Below, one piece after another: positions 21,893 to 31,794 of a stretch of DNA of 64,000 nucleotides. The translations under genes and the position numbers were made by a program. This DNA comes from Actinomycetales bacterium. Lineage in GTDB: Bacteria > Actinomycetota > Actinomycetes > S36-B12 > UBA5976. The stretch covers positions 4,742 through 68,741 of the forward strand of contig JAIXQF010000001.1 in NCBI GenBank assembly GCA_027484085.1, in the 5' to 3' direction. Under the pieces are notes generated by a model. It was not told the origin of the DNA. It saw only the letters and a program-made list of their open reading frames with translations, and did no database searches. Each line of letters starts with the position of its first letter. Within the stretch, counting starts at the first letter, position 1.

Positions 21893-22581
21893 TGTCGACT
21901 GCCGCTACTGGACGAGTGGCGGCAATTATTCCTGCCGCTGGATCGGGGGTTCGCTTAGGCGCGGACGTCCCAAAAGCATTCCTTGCTTTGGATGGCTTTT
22001 CATTACTTACGCGTAGCGCATTAGCAATGAGTGCAGTCGCGGATGTTTTGATTGTCGCTGCACCAGCCGATTCACTGGACGAAGCAAGCGCACAGCTCGC
22101 GCAAGTTGATGCCGAGATCCACATTGTTGCTGGTGGCGAGCATCGCCAAGAGTCCGTTGCAAATGCACTTCGGATGGTCCCCCAAGATGTTTCGATTGTC
22201 TTAGTTCACGACGCGGCGCGACCACTTGTACCAATCAAGGTAACCCAAGATGTTGTTGAAGCAATTCGCAATGGTGCCAAAGCTGTGATTCCAGTACTCC
22301 CACTTGTAGACACCATCAAGCGGGTAAACAACCAAGGCCTTGCAATCGAAACAGTAGACCGCAATCAACTGCGTCGAGTTCAAACCCCGCAAGGATTTGA
22401 TCGGGCAACTTTAGATTTGGCGTATCAAAACCCAGAAGTAGTTGCGACTGATGATGCCGGATTAATGGATGCACTTGGTATCGCTGTATCAACAGTTGCT
22501 GGTGATGAACGAGCGTTAAAAATTACAACCATGTCTGATGTGCATCATGCTTTGAGTTTGTTGGAGGCGAGCGGTGAGTAA
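21892..22581 (+). CDS. ispD: 2-C-methyl-D-erythritol 4-phosphate cytidylyltransferase
   Basis: [13 protein letters not shown] nucleotide-binding motif and [11 protein letters not shown]. Confidence 0.88.
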   Translation: MSTAATGRVAAIIPAAGSGVRLGADVPKAFLALDGFSLLTRSALAMSAVADVLIVAAPADSLDEASAQLAQVDAEIHIVAGGEHRQESVANALRMVPQDVSIVLVHDAARPLVPIKVTQDVVEAIRNGAKAVIPVLPLVDTIKRVNNQGLAIETVDRNQLRRVQTPQGFDRATLDLAYQNPEVVATDDAGLMDALGIAVSTVAGDERALKITTMSDVHHALSLLEASGE

Positions 22582-23062
22582 TTTGCGAATTGGAACGGGC
22601 GTTGATGTCCACCCTCTAGTTAGTGGCCGCCCAATGTTTATGGCTTGCCTAAGTTGGCCTGATGAAGCATCTGGATGTGAAGGACATTCCGATGGCGACG
22701 TGGCAGCGCATGCAGCTTGCGACGCAATTCTGTCAGCCGCTGGTATGGGTGATTTAGGTTCAGTGTTTGGCACTTCGGATCCCAAGTGGGCTGGAGCATC
22801 TGGAGCGGATCTATTAACTGAAGTTGAATCATTAGTTACTGGTGCTGGCTGGAAAATCGTAAACGTCAGTGTCCAACTGATTGCTAATTCACCCAAGATC
22901 GGTGCGCGTCGCGAAGAGGCCCAAATTGCAATGTCCAAAGCTCTAGCAGGTGCTCCCGTTTCAGTGTCCGGAACAACAGCCGATGGCCTAGGACTTACTG
23001 GACGCGGTGAAGGTGTGGCGGCGATTGCTTCAGCATTATTAGAAGCCTCGCAAGATCGGTAA
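22574..23062 (+). CDS. ispF: 2-C-methyl-D-erythritol 2,4-cyclodiphosphate synthase
   Basis: [11 protein letters not shown] and [10 protein letters not shown] zinc-site motifs. 162 aa, GTG start overlapping ispD. Confidence 0.9.
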   Translation: MSNLRIGTGVDVHPLVSGRPMFMACLSWPDEASGCEGHSDGDVAAHAACDAILSAAGMGDLGSVFGTSDPKWAGASGADLLTEVESLVTGAGWKIVNVSVQLIANSPKIGARREEAQIAMSKALAGAPVSVSGTTADGLGLTGRGEGVAAIASALLEASQDR

Positions 23063-23071
23063 CCTTGAACC

Positions 23072-24469
23072 GTGCGCCTTTATGACACTGCAACCAGAGC
23101 AGTACGAGAATTTACCCCGTTAGTTGACGGCAAAGTTTCTATGTATGTCTGTGGCGCCACCGTGCAATCTGCACCACACGTCGGACACATTCGTTCAGGC
23201 GTTGCTTTCGATGTGCTTGCTCGCTGGTTTAGAGCATCTGGTTACGACGTGACCTTGGTTCGAAATGTAACTGACATTGACGACAAGATCTTGGCTAAAG
23301 AAGCGGTAGAAAACCGACCATGGTGGGCCGTTGCTGCTCACTACGAACGGGAATTCCAAAAAGCCTACGAAATTCTTGGTTGCACACCCCCTACTGTCGA
23401 ACCGCGAGCCACCGGTCACATCACCCAGATGATTGAGCTAATGCAAACTCTGATCGAACGGGGTCATGCCTATGCAGCGGATGGCGATGTTTACTTTGAC
23501 GTTCGCTCGTTTGCGGATTACGGAAAACTTTCTGGACAGAAAATCGATGACCTGTTACCAGCTGGAGATTCTGAAGGTGAATCACGTAAGAAAGATTCGC
23601 GTGACTTCGCACTTTGGAAATCTGTAAAGCCAGGCGAACCATCATGGCCAACGCCATGGGGAAATGGCCGACCAGGTTGGCACATTGAATGTTCCGCGAT
23701 GGCGCAGTCATACCTTGGTGAAGCATTTGATATTCATGGTGGTGGCCTCGACTTAGTTTTCCCTCACCACGAAAATGAAGTTGCTCAATCCAAAGCAGCC
23801 GGTCAAGATTTTGCAAACTTCTGGCTACACAATGCCTGGGTAACAACAGCTGGCGAAAAGATGTCTAAATCACTTGGCAACTCGCTAGTCGTAACAGAAG
23901 TTGCAAAACGAGTACGCCCAATCGAACTTCGCTGGTACCTAGCAAGCGCTCATTACCGCAGCAACTTGGAATTCTCGGATGGCTCATTGCAAGAATCTGC
24001 TGTTGCATTTCAGCGCATCGAAAACTTCGTAGAGCGAGCCGCTGCAATTGTTGGCGAAATCGATTTAAGCTCTGCAGCTATCAATTCAGATTTTGCTGCT
24101 GCAATGAACGAAGATCTAAACATCCCGGCAGCACTTGCCGTCCTTCATGAAGTTGTTGGCGAAGGTAACACCTTGCTTGCTAAAAAGGCTGATGCGGCAG
24201 CAATCAAAGGTTGCTTAACGTCAGTTCGTCAGATGCTTGATGTTTTGGGTGTTGATCCACTTTCATCAACTTGGGCCGATGACAGCAAGAACGCCAAGCA
24301 ACTTGAATCAGCACTTGATTACTTTGTGCAACAATCAATAGCAGTTCGCAATGCTGCAAAAGAAAACAAAAACTTTGAAACTGCAGATGCCATCCGTGAC
24401 TCCTTGCGGAATGCTGGCATCGCATTAGAAGACACATCTGATGGTGTGCGCTGGAATTTGGAGAAGTAA
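23072..24469 (+). CDS. cysS: cysteine--tRNA ligase
   Basis: MYVCGATVQSAPHVGHIRS (HIGH-type), GWHIECSAM zinc site, KMSKSLGN. 465 aa. Confidence 0.93.
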   Translation: MRLYDTATRAVREFTPLVDGKVSMYVCGATVQSAPHVGHIRSGVAFDVLARWFRASGYDVTLVRNVTDIDDKILAKEAVENRPWWAVAAHYEREFQKAYEILGCTPPTVEPRATGHITQMIELMQTLIERGHAYAADGDVYFDVRSFADYGKLSGQKIDDLLPAGDSEGESRKKDSRDFALWKSVKPGEPSWPTPWGNGRPGWHIECSAMAQSYLGEAFDIHGGGLDLVFPHHENEVAQSKAAGQDFANFWLHNAWVTTAGEKMSKSLGNSLVVTEVAKRVRPIELRWYLASAHYRSNLEFSDGSLQESAVAFQRIENFVERAAAIVGEIDLSSAAINSDFAAAMNEDLNIPAALAVLHEVVGEGNTLLAKKADAAAIKGCLTSVRQMLDVLGVDPLSSTWADDSKNAKQLESALDYFVQQSIAVRNAAKENKNFETADAIRDSLRNAGIALEDTSDGVRWNLEK

Positions 24470-25434
24470 TGGCTGGCAATTCCAAGCGCAAAGGCGCGAT
24501 TCGTACATCTAAAAAAGGTGCAGCGGTTGGCTCTGGTGGTCGCGGTAAGCAAAAACTTGAAGGTCGTGGTCCAACGCCAAAAGCAACTGAGCGCGATAAG
24601 CACCCAGCGGCAAAGCGCGCTCGCGCTGCAGCAAAGGCCGCGGAAAAGCGTGGCTCTACCCGCGTCAGTCGTCCACGTGATCGTGATGGGATCGAATGGG
24701 TAGCTGGACGTAACTCCGTCCTTGAAGCACTTCGCGCCAACATTCCGGCCAACGCGCTTTACATGCAACAGTTCATTGATGCCGATGATCGCGTAAAAGA
24801 AATCTTGCAGTTAGCAAATGATCGCGGACTTCCATTCCTTGAAGCACCACGCAGTGAACTAGATCGAAATACTGATGGCGCGGTTCACCAAGGTGTGGCC
24901 CTTCGGATTCCGCCATACTCCTACCTAGATCCAATTGATTTACTTGAAGATGCCTTCAATAATGACGAGGCCGCTTTCGTGGTTGCACTAGACGGTGTGA
25001 CCGACCCACGTAACTTAGGTGCAGTAATTAGATCTTCCGCTGCATTTGGTGTTGATGGCGTTCTGGTTCCAGAACGTCGCGCTGCAGGCATGACTGCCTC
25101 AGCCTGGAAAACTTCTGCTGGCGCTGCAACCCGCGTTCCAGTTTCTCGCGCAGTTAATCTGACTCGCTCATTAGTTGAATTCAAGCGCGCTGGTTGCACG
25201 ATCATCGGTCTTGATTCTGATGGCGACACCTTCGTCCAAGATGTCAGTCAAGAAATTGCAGCTGGACCCATAGTTCTAGTTGTTGGTGGCGAGGCAACTG
25301 GTATGTCCCGGTTGGTGCGAGATACCTGTGACATGGTCGTTTCAATCCCAATGTTTGACGAAACCGAGTCACTAAATGCTGGTGTGGCCGCTGGTATCGC
25401 ACTCTACGAGTTGGCAAAAATCCGTCATCCATAA
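24469..25434 (+). CDS. rlmB: 23S rRNA (guanosine-2'-O)-methyltransferase RlmB (SpoU/TrmH family) with basic N-terminal extension
   Basis: SpoU motifs DGVTDPRNLGAVIRS, LVVGGEATGMS and ESLNAGVAAGIALYE. About 75 aa of K/R/A-rich N-terminus. Confidence 0.8.
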   Translation: MAGNSKRKGAIRTSKKGAAVGSGGRGKQKLEGRGPTPKATERDKHPAAKRARAAAKAAEKRGSTRVSRPRDRDGIEWVAGRNSVLEALRANIPANALYMQQFIDADDRVKEILQLANDRGLPFLEAPRSELDRNTDGAVHQGVALRIPPYSYLDPIDLLEDAFNNDEAAFVVALDGVTDPRNLGAVIRSSAAFGVDGVLVPERRAAGMTASAWKTSAGAATRVPVSRAVNLTRSLVEFKRAGCTIIGLDSDGDTFVQDVSQEIAAGPIVLVVGGEATGMSRLVRDTCDMVVSIPMFDETESLNAGVAAGIALYELAKIRHP

Positions 25435-25467
25435 TGAATTGCAAATTGATTTGTTAGCATCAAATTA

Positions 25468-26445
25468 ATGGATTCATCAGCGCAAGTAATCATCGCGAAC
25501 TTAACTTCGCCGCCAGTACTGGCGTTTGCATTAGGTTTACTTGCGGTTTTGGTTAAGGGTGACTTGCGATTACCGGATCCGATCTACCAAGGACTATCTA
25601 TATACCTTTTGTTAGGTATAGGCATCAAGGGTGGAGTCGCGCTTCGCCAATCAGAGCTCAGCGATGTTGCTGTTCCCGCAATCGCAACAATTGTACTTGG
25701 GTTACTAATTCCAGTGCTGGCATATTTGTTTAGTGGAAAGTTAACAAGGTTAAGCGAAGTTGACCGAGGTGCACTTGCAGCGCACTACGGCTCCACCTCA
25801 CTCGTAACTTTCACAGCCGCACTCGTTTTCTTGGAGCAATCTTCAATTTCATACGAGGGATTTGCAACCACCCTCTTGGCGCTACTAGAAATTCCGGGCA
25901 TCATCGTGGGGTTAATGCTTGGTACGCGACATCTGAAGCGCGAAATTTCTTGGAGTGAATCGTTACAAGAAATTTTCTCAAGCCGATCAATCTTGCTATT
26001 GGTTGGTGGACTTGTTTTGGGCTTTGCCACCGGTGCGGTTGGGTACGCGAAAATCGAACCATTCTTTGGTGGGCTGTTTATTGGAATGCTCACACTGTTC
26101 TTGCTGGAAATGGGAACTTTAGCTGGGCGCCGAATGCGAGACGTCAAGACAGCTGGAGCTGGACTAATCGTATTCGCGATCGTCTTCCCAATTTTTTCCG
26201 GAATTCTAGGTGTGCTTTTCGGGTATGTTTCGGGATTATCGATGGGCGGCGCTGCAGTGCTCGGTGTTTTAGCTGCAAGCGCCTCGTACATTGCAGCCCC
26301 AGCTGCAGTGAGACTTGCGTTGCCAGAGGCAAATCCTGGAATCTATTTAGCGGCAAGTTTAGGAATTACTTTTCCATTTAATTTAACGATTGGTATTCCG
26401 CTCATAGTTCTAGTGGCACAGTCACTCGAGGGAATGGTTGGATAA
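25468..26445 (+). CDS. sodium-dependent bicarbonate transporter-family permease (SbtA-like, PF05982-type)
   Basis: 325 aa with about 10 TM helices. N-terminus LTSPPVLAFALGLLAVLVKGDLRLPDPIYQGLSIYLLLGIGIKGG is typical of this family as I recall it. Paired with a PII-like gene. Confidence 0.65.
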   Translation: MDSSAQVIIANLTSPPVLAFALGLLAVLVKGDLRLPDPIYQGLSIYLLLGIGIKGGVALRQSELSDVAVPAIATIVLGLLIPVLAYLFSGKLTRLSEVDRGALAAHYGSTSLVTFTAALVFLEQSSISYEGFATTLLALLEIPGIIVGLMLGTRHLKREISWSESLQEIFSSRSILLLVGGLVLGFATGAVGYAKIEPFFGGLFIGMLTLFLLEMGTLAGRRMRDVKTAGAGLIVFAIVFPIFSGILGVLFGYVSGLSMGGAAVLGVLAASASYIAAPAAVRLALPEANPGIYLAASLGITFPFNLTIGIPLIVLVAQSLEGMVG

Positions 26446-26447
26446 AG

Positions 26448-26753
26448 ATGTCAGATTTAACCGCCGTATCGCTGGTAACAATCGTGGCTGAGACCGCGTT
26501 GAAGCCAAGGCTGACGAAGGACTTAATGAACCTCGGAGTATCCGGCTATACAGTTACGGCAGCCAACGGCGAAGGCTCTAGAAACCGCCGTGCTGGAGAC
26601 GTTGATGGTGGAAACGTAATGATCCAGTGCTTGGCCTCTAGAGATCTGAGTTTGGCCATAATGAACCACTTAGAAGCCGAATACTTTGAAAATTATGCCG
26701 TTGTTGCCTGGGTAAGTTCGGCTGAAGTTATTCGCAAAGAGCGCTATTCATAG
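26448..26753 (+). CDS. PII-like signalling protein (SbtB-like)
   Basis: 101 aa. LVTIVAE...GVSGYTVTAANGEG pattern of the PII fold. Starts 3 nt after the permease stop. Confidence 0.6.
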   Translation: MSDLTAVSLVTIVAETALKPRLTKDLMNLGVSGYTVTAANGEGSRNRRAGDVDGGNVMIQCLASRDLSLAIMNHLEAEYFENYAVVAWVSSAEVIRKERYS

Positions 26754-26822
26754 GTGCATTTTTGCTTAGCGCAGTTATGCACTAATCTTTGAAACTGGTG
26801 ATCTTGCAAAAGTAAGTTCCCG

Positions 26823-26897
26823 GCCTCCTTAGCTCAGTGGTAGAGCGTCGCTCTTGTAAAGCGAATGTCATCCGTTCAAATCGGATAGGGGGCTCCA
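26823..26897 (+). tRNA. tRNA-Thr (anticodon UGT)
   Basis: Cloverleaf by hand: acceptor GCCTCCT/AGGGGGC, D-arm GCTCAGTGGTAGAGC, anticodon arm TCGCT-CTTGTAA-AGCGA, T-arm ATCCGTTCAAATCGGAT. CCA is encoded. Confidence 0.9.
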
Positions 26898-26976
26898 TAA
26901 CGTGACATTCACCTCAAATGTAGATATTCCAAGGCCTTCAAGTTGCCTGCAAAAATTCCTCATTCATAATTAAAAA

Positions 26977-27549
26977 ATGACGTCCAAGATTCGAGATTAT
27001 CGCCAGGCAGAAATCTTGGATGCTGCCCTAAATGAGATTCGCGCAAATGGTGTCGAGTCATTAACCATGAGCCGCTTGGCTCAGTTGACGGACTTATCCC
27101 GTCCAGCGATCTATCAATACTTTTCATCCCGTGAGCATGTACTTGCTGAATTGCTGATAGATGACCTTGCGGACTTAGTGAATGAAATCGATAGCTACGT
27201 TGCACAATTTGAAGATCCCTTAGAACGTGTTCGAGTTTGGGTCCATAGGTCCTTAAGACATTTAGCAAATGGTGATCATTCAATTATTCGCGAGATTAGT
27301 GAGTCATCTCTACCAGACGAATCGCGAGAAGTAGTGCGAGTACTTCACGGCCAATTCATGATGAGCTTGATTAGTCCCGTTAGGGAACTCGAGATTACGG
27401 CGATGGATTCGGCATGCCATATGGTTTACAGCGCAGTCCAATCCGCGGCAAAACGAATCGAAGCGGGATTTGATTTCGACTCCGAAGCAAATGCTGCAGA
27501 AAACTTCGCCGTCGCAGGCTTACTTGGAATAAAAAAGAGCCAACAGTAA
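26977..27549 (+). CDS. TetR-family transcriptional regulator
   Basis: N-terminal HTH ILDAALNEIRANGVESLTMSRLAQLTDLSRPAIYQYFSSREHV. 190 aa. Confidence 0.85.
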   Translation: MTSKIRDYRQAEILDAALNEIRANGVESLTMSRLAQLTDLSRPAIYQYFSSREHVLAELLIDDLADLVNEIDSYVAQFEDPLERVRVWVHRSLRHLANGDHSIIREISESSLPDESREVVRVLHGQFMMSLISPVRELEITAMDSACHMVYSAVQSAAKRIEAGFDFDSEANAAENFAVAGLLGIKKSQQ

Positions 27550-27578
27550 AGATACTGCTGGCTCTTTTGAGTTAGTTA
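27533..27578. terminator. bidirectional hairpin between the TetR gene and the convergent secreted-protein gene
   Basis: AAAAGAGCCAACAG ... CTGCTGGCTCTTTT stem with one mismatch, A-run and T-run on either side. Overlaps the tetR stop. Confidence 0.55.
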
Positions 27579-27583
27579 TCGAG

Positions 27584-28531
27584 CTACGGAGTAGCGACAA
27601 TCTTTGTAGTTGGTTTTTTGCCGGATTTCACTAATTCAGTTTTGATGACAATCTTGCTAGCTGAAACACCGTGCTGAACCAGATACTTCTTTATTTCGTT
27701 GGCCCGACTCTTTGCAAGGTTAGTTACTGTTTTGTTGGATAAACCTGGTGCCATACCTGCACTCGCTGTGATTGTGACTTTAGATGCGAGCCTGTAATCC
27801 ACAGACTTGTTTTTAATGTTTGATTTAGTCGATGAACTTAAAGAGCTTGCTCCAGATTTGAATGCAAATTCGCGTGAGAACTTTTTGTTCAACTTTGGAC
27901 TTGCGCTCTGCAAAATTTCGTTTCCTGGTGAAGTTGGCGGTACCGACTCCTCCGCAGTTGCAAAACTAATTGGAGTGAACGTTTCAAATGGTGCGTAGCG
28001 CGCGCCCGAACCGGCGTAGGTATAAATTCCGTATGAGCCAGCGGTTGCATCGTTAAAGATCAGGTTGTTAGAAGAGTCAGAAAGCTCCTTGGAAACTCTG
28101 AGGGTAATTTCAAAGTTTCCGCCGACAGGTAACTCAAAAGCTCCGCCAGCAGCCCCGCCTAATCCGTTAACACTCGCAGCTGGAACTAGCCATTTTGTGC
28201 GATCTGCGTCACTCATTGCGGCCAGTCTGTTTCCACTCGGCGCACTCTCACTTGGCTTCCAAAGTTCTTGGAATTTTCCGAAGGTTACGTACACCCCACC
28301 AAAAGACCCAGCAAGCGGTGGACGAGTTCCATTGGTTAGTGCTCCATTGGCCAAAAAACCGGTCCCATTAATAGTGATGGTTTCTCCGTTGCCATTTAGA
28401 TCAGTAGTTTTCGAAACACTAATAGCGGCTTGTTCGAGTGGACCGGCGATTGCTGGAGACGAAATTGCCCCACTAATCACTAGAGCGGTTGCAGTAACGC
28501 CGAAGGCGAATGACTTAAGTAGTTTCTTCAT
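27584..28531 (-). CDS. secreted protein: N-terminal beta-sandwich-like region plus degenerate OmpA_C-like C-terminal domain
   Basis: Signal peptide MKKLLKSFAFGVTATALVISGAISSPAIAG. ISVSKTTDLNGNGETITINGTGF Ig-like start. C-terminus FAFKSGASSLSS...LAKSRANEIKKYLVQHGV follows the OmpA_C pattern. Confidence 0.5.
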   Translation of the reverse strand: MKKLLKSFAFGVTATALVISGAISSPAIAGPLEQAAISVSKTTDLNGNGETITINGTGFLANGALTNGTRPPLAGSFGGVYVTFGKFQELWKPSESAPSGNRLAAMSDADRTKWLVPAASVNGLGGAAGGAFELPVGGNFEITLRVSKELSDSSNNLIFNDATAGSYGIYTYAGSGARYAPFETFTPISFATAEESVPPTSPGNEILQSASPKLNKKFSREFAFKSGASSLSSSTKSNIKNKSVDYRLASKVTITASAGMAPGLSNKTVTNLAKSRANEIKKYLVQHGVSASKIVIKTELVKSGKKPTTKIVATP

Positions 28532-28567
28532 GGTTTCTCTTTTCGATTGATTGAGATTTTGGGGTGA

Positions 28568-29071
28568 TTACTTTTTAAACTTCAACGGAACGAAGACGTC
28601 AGCTTTACGATTTGCTGATTGAGTGTGGTCAGCTCGGGTAACTACTGCGCACTTTGCAACAGTGCAATCTATCTTTCCGATGTACCGGGAGACTGTTATC
28701 TTTTTCGCGAACCCACCAGACTTTGAAAATGGCACGGCAAGTGACTTGGCATAACCAGGAGGATTAGAGGAAATCCAAATCGAGCTTGTGGAATTGCCGG
28801 CAGTATTCACGCCACCACCACAAGGACCGGGTACTGAACCCTTTGCACCGATTACACAGAAAGCGAGGTAAACGCCAAGCTTCTTGTTGTACTTGTCACC
28901 AATTACAGTCAAAACCTGACCGTCTTTCACTTCCGTTGCACTAACCGTAAGTGTCTGACCAGTTGGACCTTTGACAGTTCGCTTTGTTGATTTCGCATTT
29001 GCAGGTGTCGCTAAAAGCATTGTGGCAAGCAGCATCAATACCCAAGAGCGGAATAGCGATTGTCTAAGCAT
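28568..29071 (-). CDS. small secreted four-cysteine beta-sandwich protein (neocarzinostatin-like pattern)
   Basis: Signal peptide ending PANA. TLTVSATEVKDGQVLTVIGDKY, two Cys pairs (FCV...GPCGGG, DCTVAKCAV). 167 aa. The fold is inferred from the pattern only. Confidence 0.4.
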   Translation of the reverse strand: MLRQSLFRSWVLMLLATMLLATPANAKSTKRTVKGPTGQTLTVSATEVKDGQVLTVIGDKYNKKLGVYLAFCVIGAKGSVPGPCGGGVNTAGNSTSSIWISSNPPGYAKSLAVPFSKSGGFAKKITVSRYIGKIDCTVAKCAVVTRADHTQSANRKADVFVPLKFKK

Positions 29072-29153
29072 GTCTTGAAGTTAGCAATAATTCGAAAAGC
29101 ACCCCTGACACCCTGTCAGAACTAAGTACCCAAATTCGGGGGATACTTGAGCC

Positions 29154-30161
29154 ATGCAATCGCACAAGCTTCCTGGCAAAGTCACTAGCTTGGGCTTGGC
29201 TATTTTGCTTATTACTTCGTGTAGTTCAGTGGACGACTCAAGCCAATTAATTTCAACTAACACTAAATTGCAGATTAGCTCGCAGTGCCTCGACAACCCA
29301 AAGGCACTGCCGCGTCCGGTTGCAGATTTACCGGTGACTGTTACCTCGGTTTCAGGCGAATCTTTGGCTATAACTGCGATTGATCGAGTGATAAGCCTGG
29401 CACCGGGAGCTGCTGAAATAGTCTGGGCTCTGGGTCTAGGTGATGTGATCGCAGGTAAAGATCTGGTGAGTAGTTATCCAGGTTCAGATTTGGCACCGAC
29501 AGTAAACCCCGGACATGACGTGGCACTCGAAACGTTGCTAAGTCTGAATCCAGATTTAGTTATAGCTGACACTAGTGATGAGAACTCTGATGCAGTTCAA
29601 AAACTCGTCGAATTAGGAATTCCAGTGGTTGCAATTCCGGAAGCAACATCAATCAGTGAAATCTCACCTCGAATCGTTGCGGTTGCAAGTGCATTAGGCG
29701 TAAAGGCAGCTGGCGATGAATTGGCCAGTGAGACAAAAGCAAAACTTTCACTAGTCAACTCAACGGTAAAATCTGACACAAAAATCGCATTCCTATATTT
29801 GCGAGGAAACGCAGGGGTCTATTTAATCGGTGGTAAGGGAAGTGGCGCTGATTCAATCATTTCTTCACTTGGTGCGAAAGATGCAGGAACTGTGTTGGGA
29901 ATTGAAGGCTTCGCTCCTTTGACAGCAGAAGCTTTGGCAAAGGCGAACCCTGATGTCTTGCTCGTTATGGACGAAGGATTGGCTTCGGTTGGCGGCATCG
30001 AAAAGTTGTTAGCGCTTCCGGGGGTCTCGAGTACTTCGGCTGCTCAAAATTTGGCAGTAATCCAAGCGGATGATCGAGAGTTACTTGCTTTTGGGCCACA
30101 AACTCCAAAAGTTATTTCTTGCCTAGCGGCGCAGCTAGCAAGTTTCAGTGAGTCCACATGA
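29154..30161 (+). CDS. iron-complex (hemin/siderophore/cobalamin-type) ABC transporter substrate-binding lipoprotein
   Basis: Lipobox LLITSC. VISLAPGAAEIVWALGLGDVIAG and NPDLVIAD motifs of the class III SBP family. Confidence 0.7.
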   Translation: MQSHKLPGKVTSLGLAILLITSCSSVDDSSQLISTNTKLQISSQCLDNPKALPRPVADLPVTVTSVSGESLAITAIDRVISLAPGAAEIVWALGLGDVIAGKDLVSSYPGSDLAPTVNPGHDVALETLLSLNPDLVIADTSDENSDAVQKLVELGIPVVAIPEATSISEISPRIVAVASALGVKAAGDELASETKAKLSLVNSTVKSDTKIAFLYLRGNAGVYLIGGKGSGADSIISSLGAKDAGTVLGIEGFAPLTAEALAKANPDVLLVMDEGLASVGGIEKLLALPGVSSTSAAQNLAVIQADDRELLAFGPQTPKVISCLAAQLASFSEST

Positions 30162-31156
30162 CAAAAGCCAAACCAACAGTTCTGGTCTCGCTACTTACAG
30201 CGCTGGTAATTTTGGCCATTTTTGCGAACCTGACAATTGGCGCGTATCAACTTTCCATTTCTGAAATCTTTGATTCGTTTTTGAGGCCAGAGAATGTAAA
30301 CCCAATTACCACGTCAATTGTTTTTGATATCCGCATTCCACGGCTGGTTTTAGGTATTGCGATCGGCGTCTCCCTGGCGGGAGCGACAACGTTAATGCAA
30401 TCATCCATGCGAAATGCTTTAGCCGATCCGGCATTGCTTGGACTCGCGGCCGCATCAGCACTTGGAGTAGTTGTTGCATTAGTACTTGGCTTTGACTTTG
30501 GCGGCATCGCCGCATTCTTGTTTGCTTTGGTCTTTACGGTTACCTCATTCCTACTGTTGTTAGTTGGACATTTTGGAGGTAAGCGATCTTCAGCTTCTAA
30601 CACTCTGTTAATCGGTGTTTCCTTAGGCGCATTCTTCCTAGGTTTGTTAGGAGTTCTTGCAACAAGCTTGGACAATCCACAATTGCGAGCAATGACGTTA
30701 TGGAGTTTTGGCTCGTTAGCGCTTGCAACTCAAACTACTTCTGTCATCGCATTGGTAGCTGCAATAGTTGGATTTACCGTGGCCTGGATTTTCGCTCCCA
30801 AACTGGATCTATTGCTGCTGGGTGAGTGGATGGCTAAAACGCTGGGTGTGGAGACCAGAAAACTGAGAATGATTTCTTTGTTATTGATTTCATTGCTCGT
30901 TACCGCGGCTGTTTACGGAGCGGGCGTCATCGCATTTCTTGGACTCTTCTCAGTCACCGTTGCAAGAGCACTAGTTGGACCGCGCCACCGCCTGTTACTC
31001 GTTGTTGGATCATTGATTTCGGTCCTGACGATTTTGGTTTGTGACTTGTTAGCAAGATCTATAGCAGCACCTGTTGATCTACCAATTGGGTTTTTGACCT
31101 CATTGATTGGCGCTCCAGTTCTGATTTTTGCACTGGCGAGGTCGGCGAATGACTAA
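30158..31156 (+). CDS. iron-complex ABC transporter permease (FecCD family)
   Basis: 332 aa with about 9-10 TM helices. RIPRLVLGIAIGVSLAGATTLMQ FecCD signature. ATGA overlap with the SBP gene. Confidence 0.8.
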   Translation: MTKAKPTVLVSLLTALVILAIFANLTIGAYQLSISEIFDSFLRPENVNPITTSIVFDIRIPRLVLGIAIGVSLAGATTLMQSSMRNALADPALLGLAAASALGVVVALVLGFDFGGIAAFLFALVFTVTSFLLLLVGHFGGKRSSASNTLLIGVSLGAFFLGLLGVLATSLDNPQLRAMTLWSFGSLALATQTTSVIALVAAIVGFTVAWIFAPKLDLLLLGEWMAKTLGVETRKLRMISLLLISLLVTAAVYGAGVIAFLGLFSVTVARALVGPRHRLLLVVGSLISVLTILVCDLLARSIAAPVDLPIGFLTSLIGAPVLIFALARSAND

Positions 31157-31793
31157 GTCAATTCTGATGCAGCTTTCAAATGGAGTCATCACGCGAGACC
31201 AAACACCTCTGATTTCTCAAGTGAACGTTTCTTTGGAGGCTGGAGAAATTTCGTTATTGACCGGACCAAATGGTGCTGGAAAAAGTACATTGCTTACCGC
31301 GCTGGCTGGCGAAAAGTTCCTTGCCTCAGGCAACTTGCAGTTTGGCGGAGTAAATCGGGATCAGATCTCGCTGAAGGACTTAGCAAGTAAACGATCGCTC
31401 ATGTTGCAGCAAGATGAGGCAGTAGATCAGTTGCGAGCCAAAGATGTTTTGGAGCTTGCTGACATTAGTCCAGCAGTACCGGCACAAACCCGAGAATTTG
31501 TTTCGAAGATTGTCGATTCTGCTTTGTATGGAAAAACACTCGGATCGCTCTCTGTTGGTCAGCGCACGCGCGTCTTCCTTGCCGCGACAGCGATTCAAAA
31601 CTCAGGAGTTATGTTGCTCGATGAACCCACCGCAGGACTAGATAGCGAAGGCATTTCCGTTTTGGCAGAATTTCTATCTCGCCATTCATCAGCTGGTCAC
31701 GCAGTATTGATAGCAACGCATGAAGATAACTTACGAACATTAGCCAGTAAAGAATATGTAGTTACTGACGGAGCCTTAAGCCTAAAGAGTTAA
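31149..31793 (+). CDS. iron-complex ABC transporter ATP-binding protein
   Basis: GPNGAGKSTLL Walker A, LSVGQRTRV signature, LLDEPTAGLD Walker B. ATG 31149 overlaps the permease stop, so the ORF-track start 31128 is rejected. Confidence 0.8.
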   Translation: MTKSILMQLSNGVITRDQTPLISQVNVSLEAGEISLLTGPNGAGKSTLLTALAGEKFLASGNLQFGGVNRDQISLKDLASKRSLMLQQDEAVDQLRAKDVLELADISPAVPAQTREFVSKIVDSALYGKTLGSLSVGQRTRVFLAATAIQNSGVMLLDEPTAGLDSEGISVLAEFLSRHSSAGHAVLIATHEDNLRTLASKEYVVTDGALSLKS

Positions 31794-31794
31794 G

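Noticed and set aside
24469-24700. Lys/Arg/Ala-rich ~75-aa N-terminus of RlmB as a separate feature or a mis-fused gene.
   Set aside because: It is continuous in frame with the SpoU domain and starts on an ATG that overlaps the cysS stop. Basic disordered extensions are common on actinobacterial RlmB homologues.
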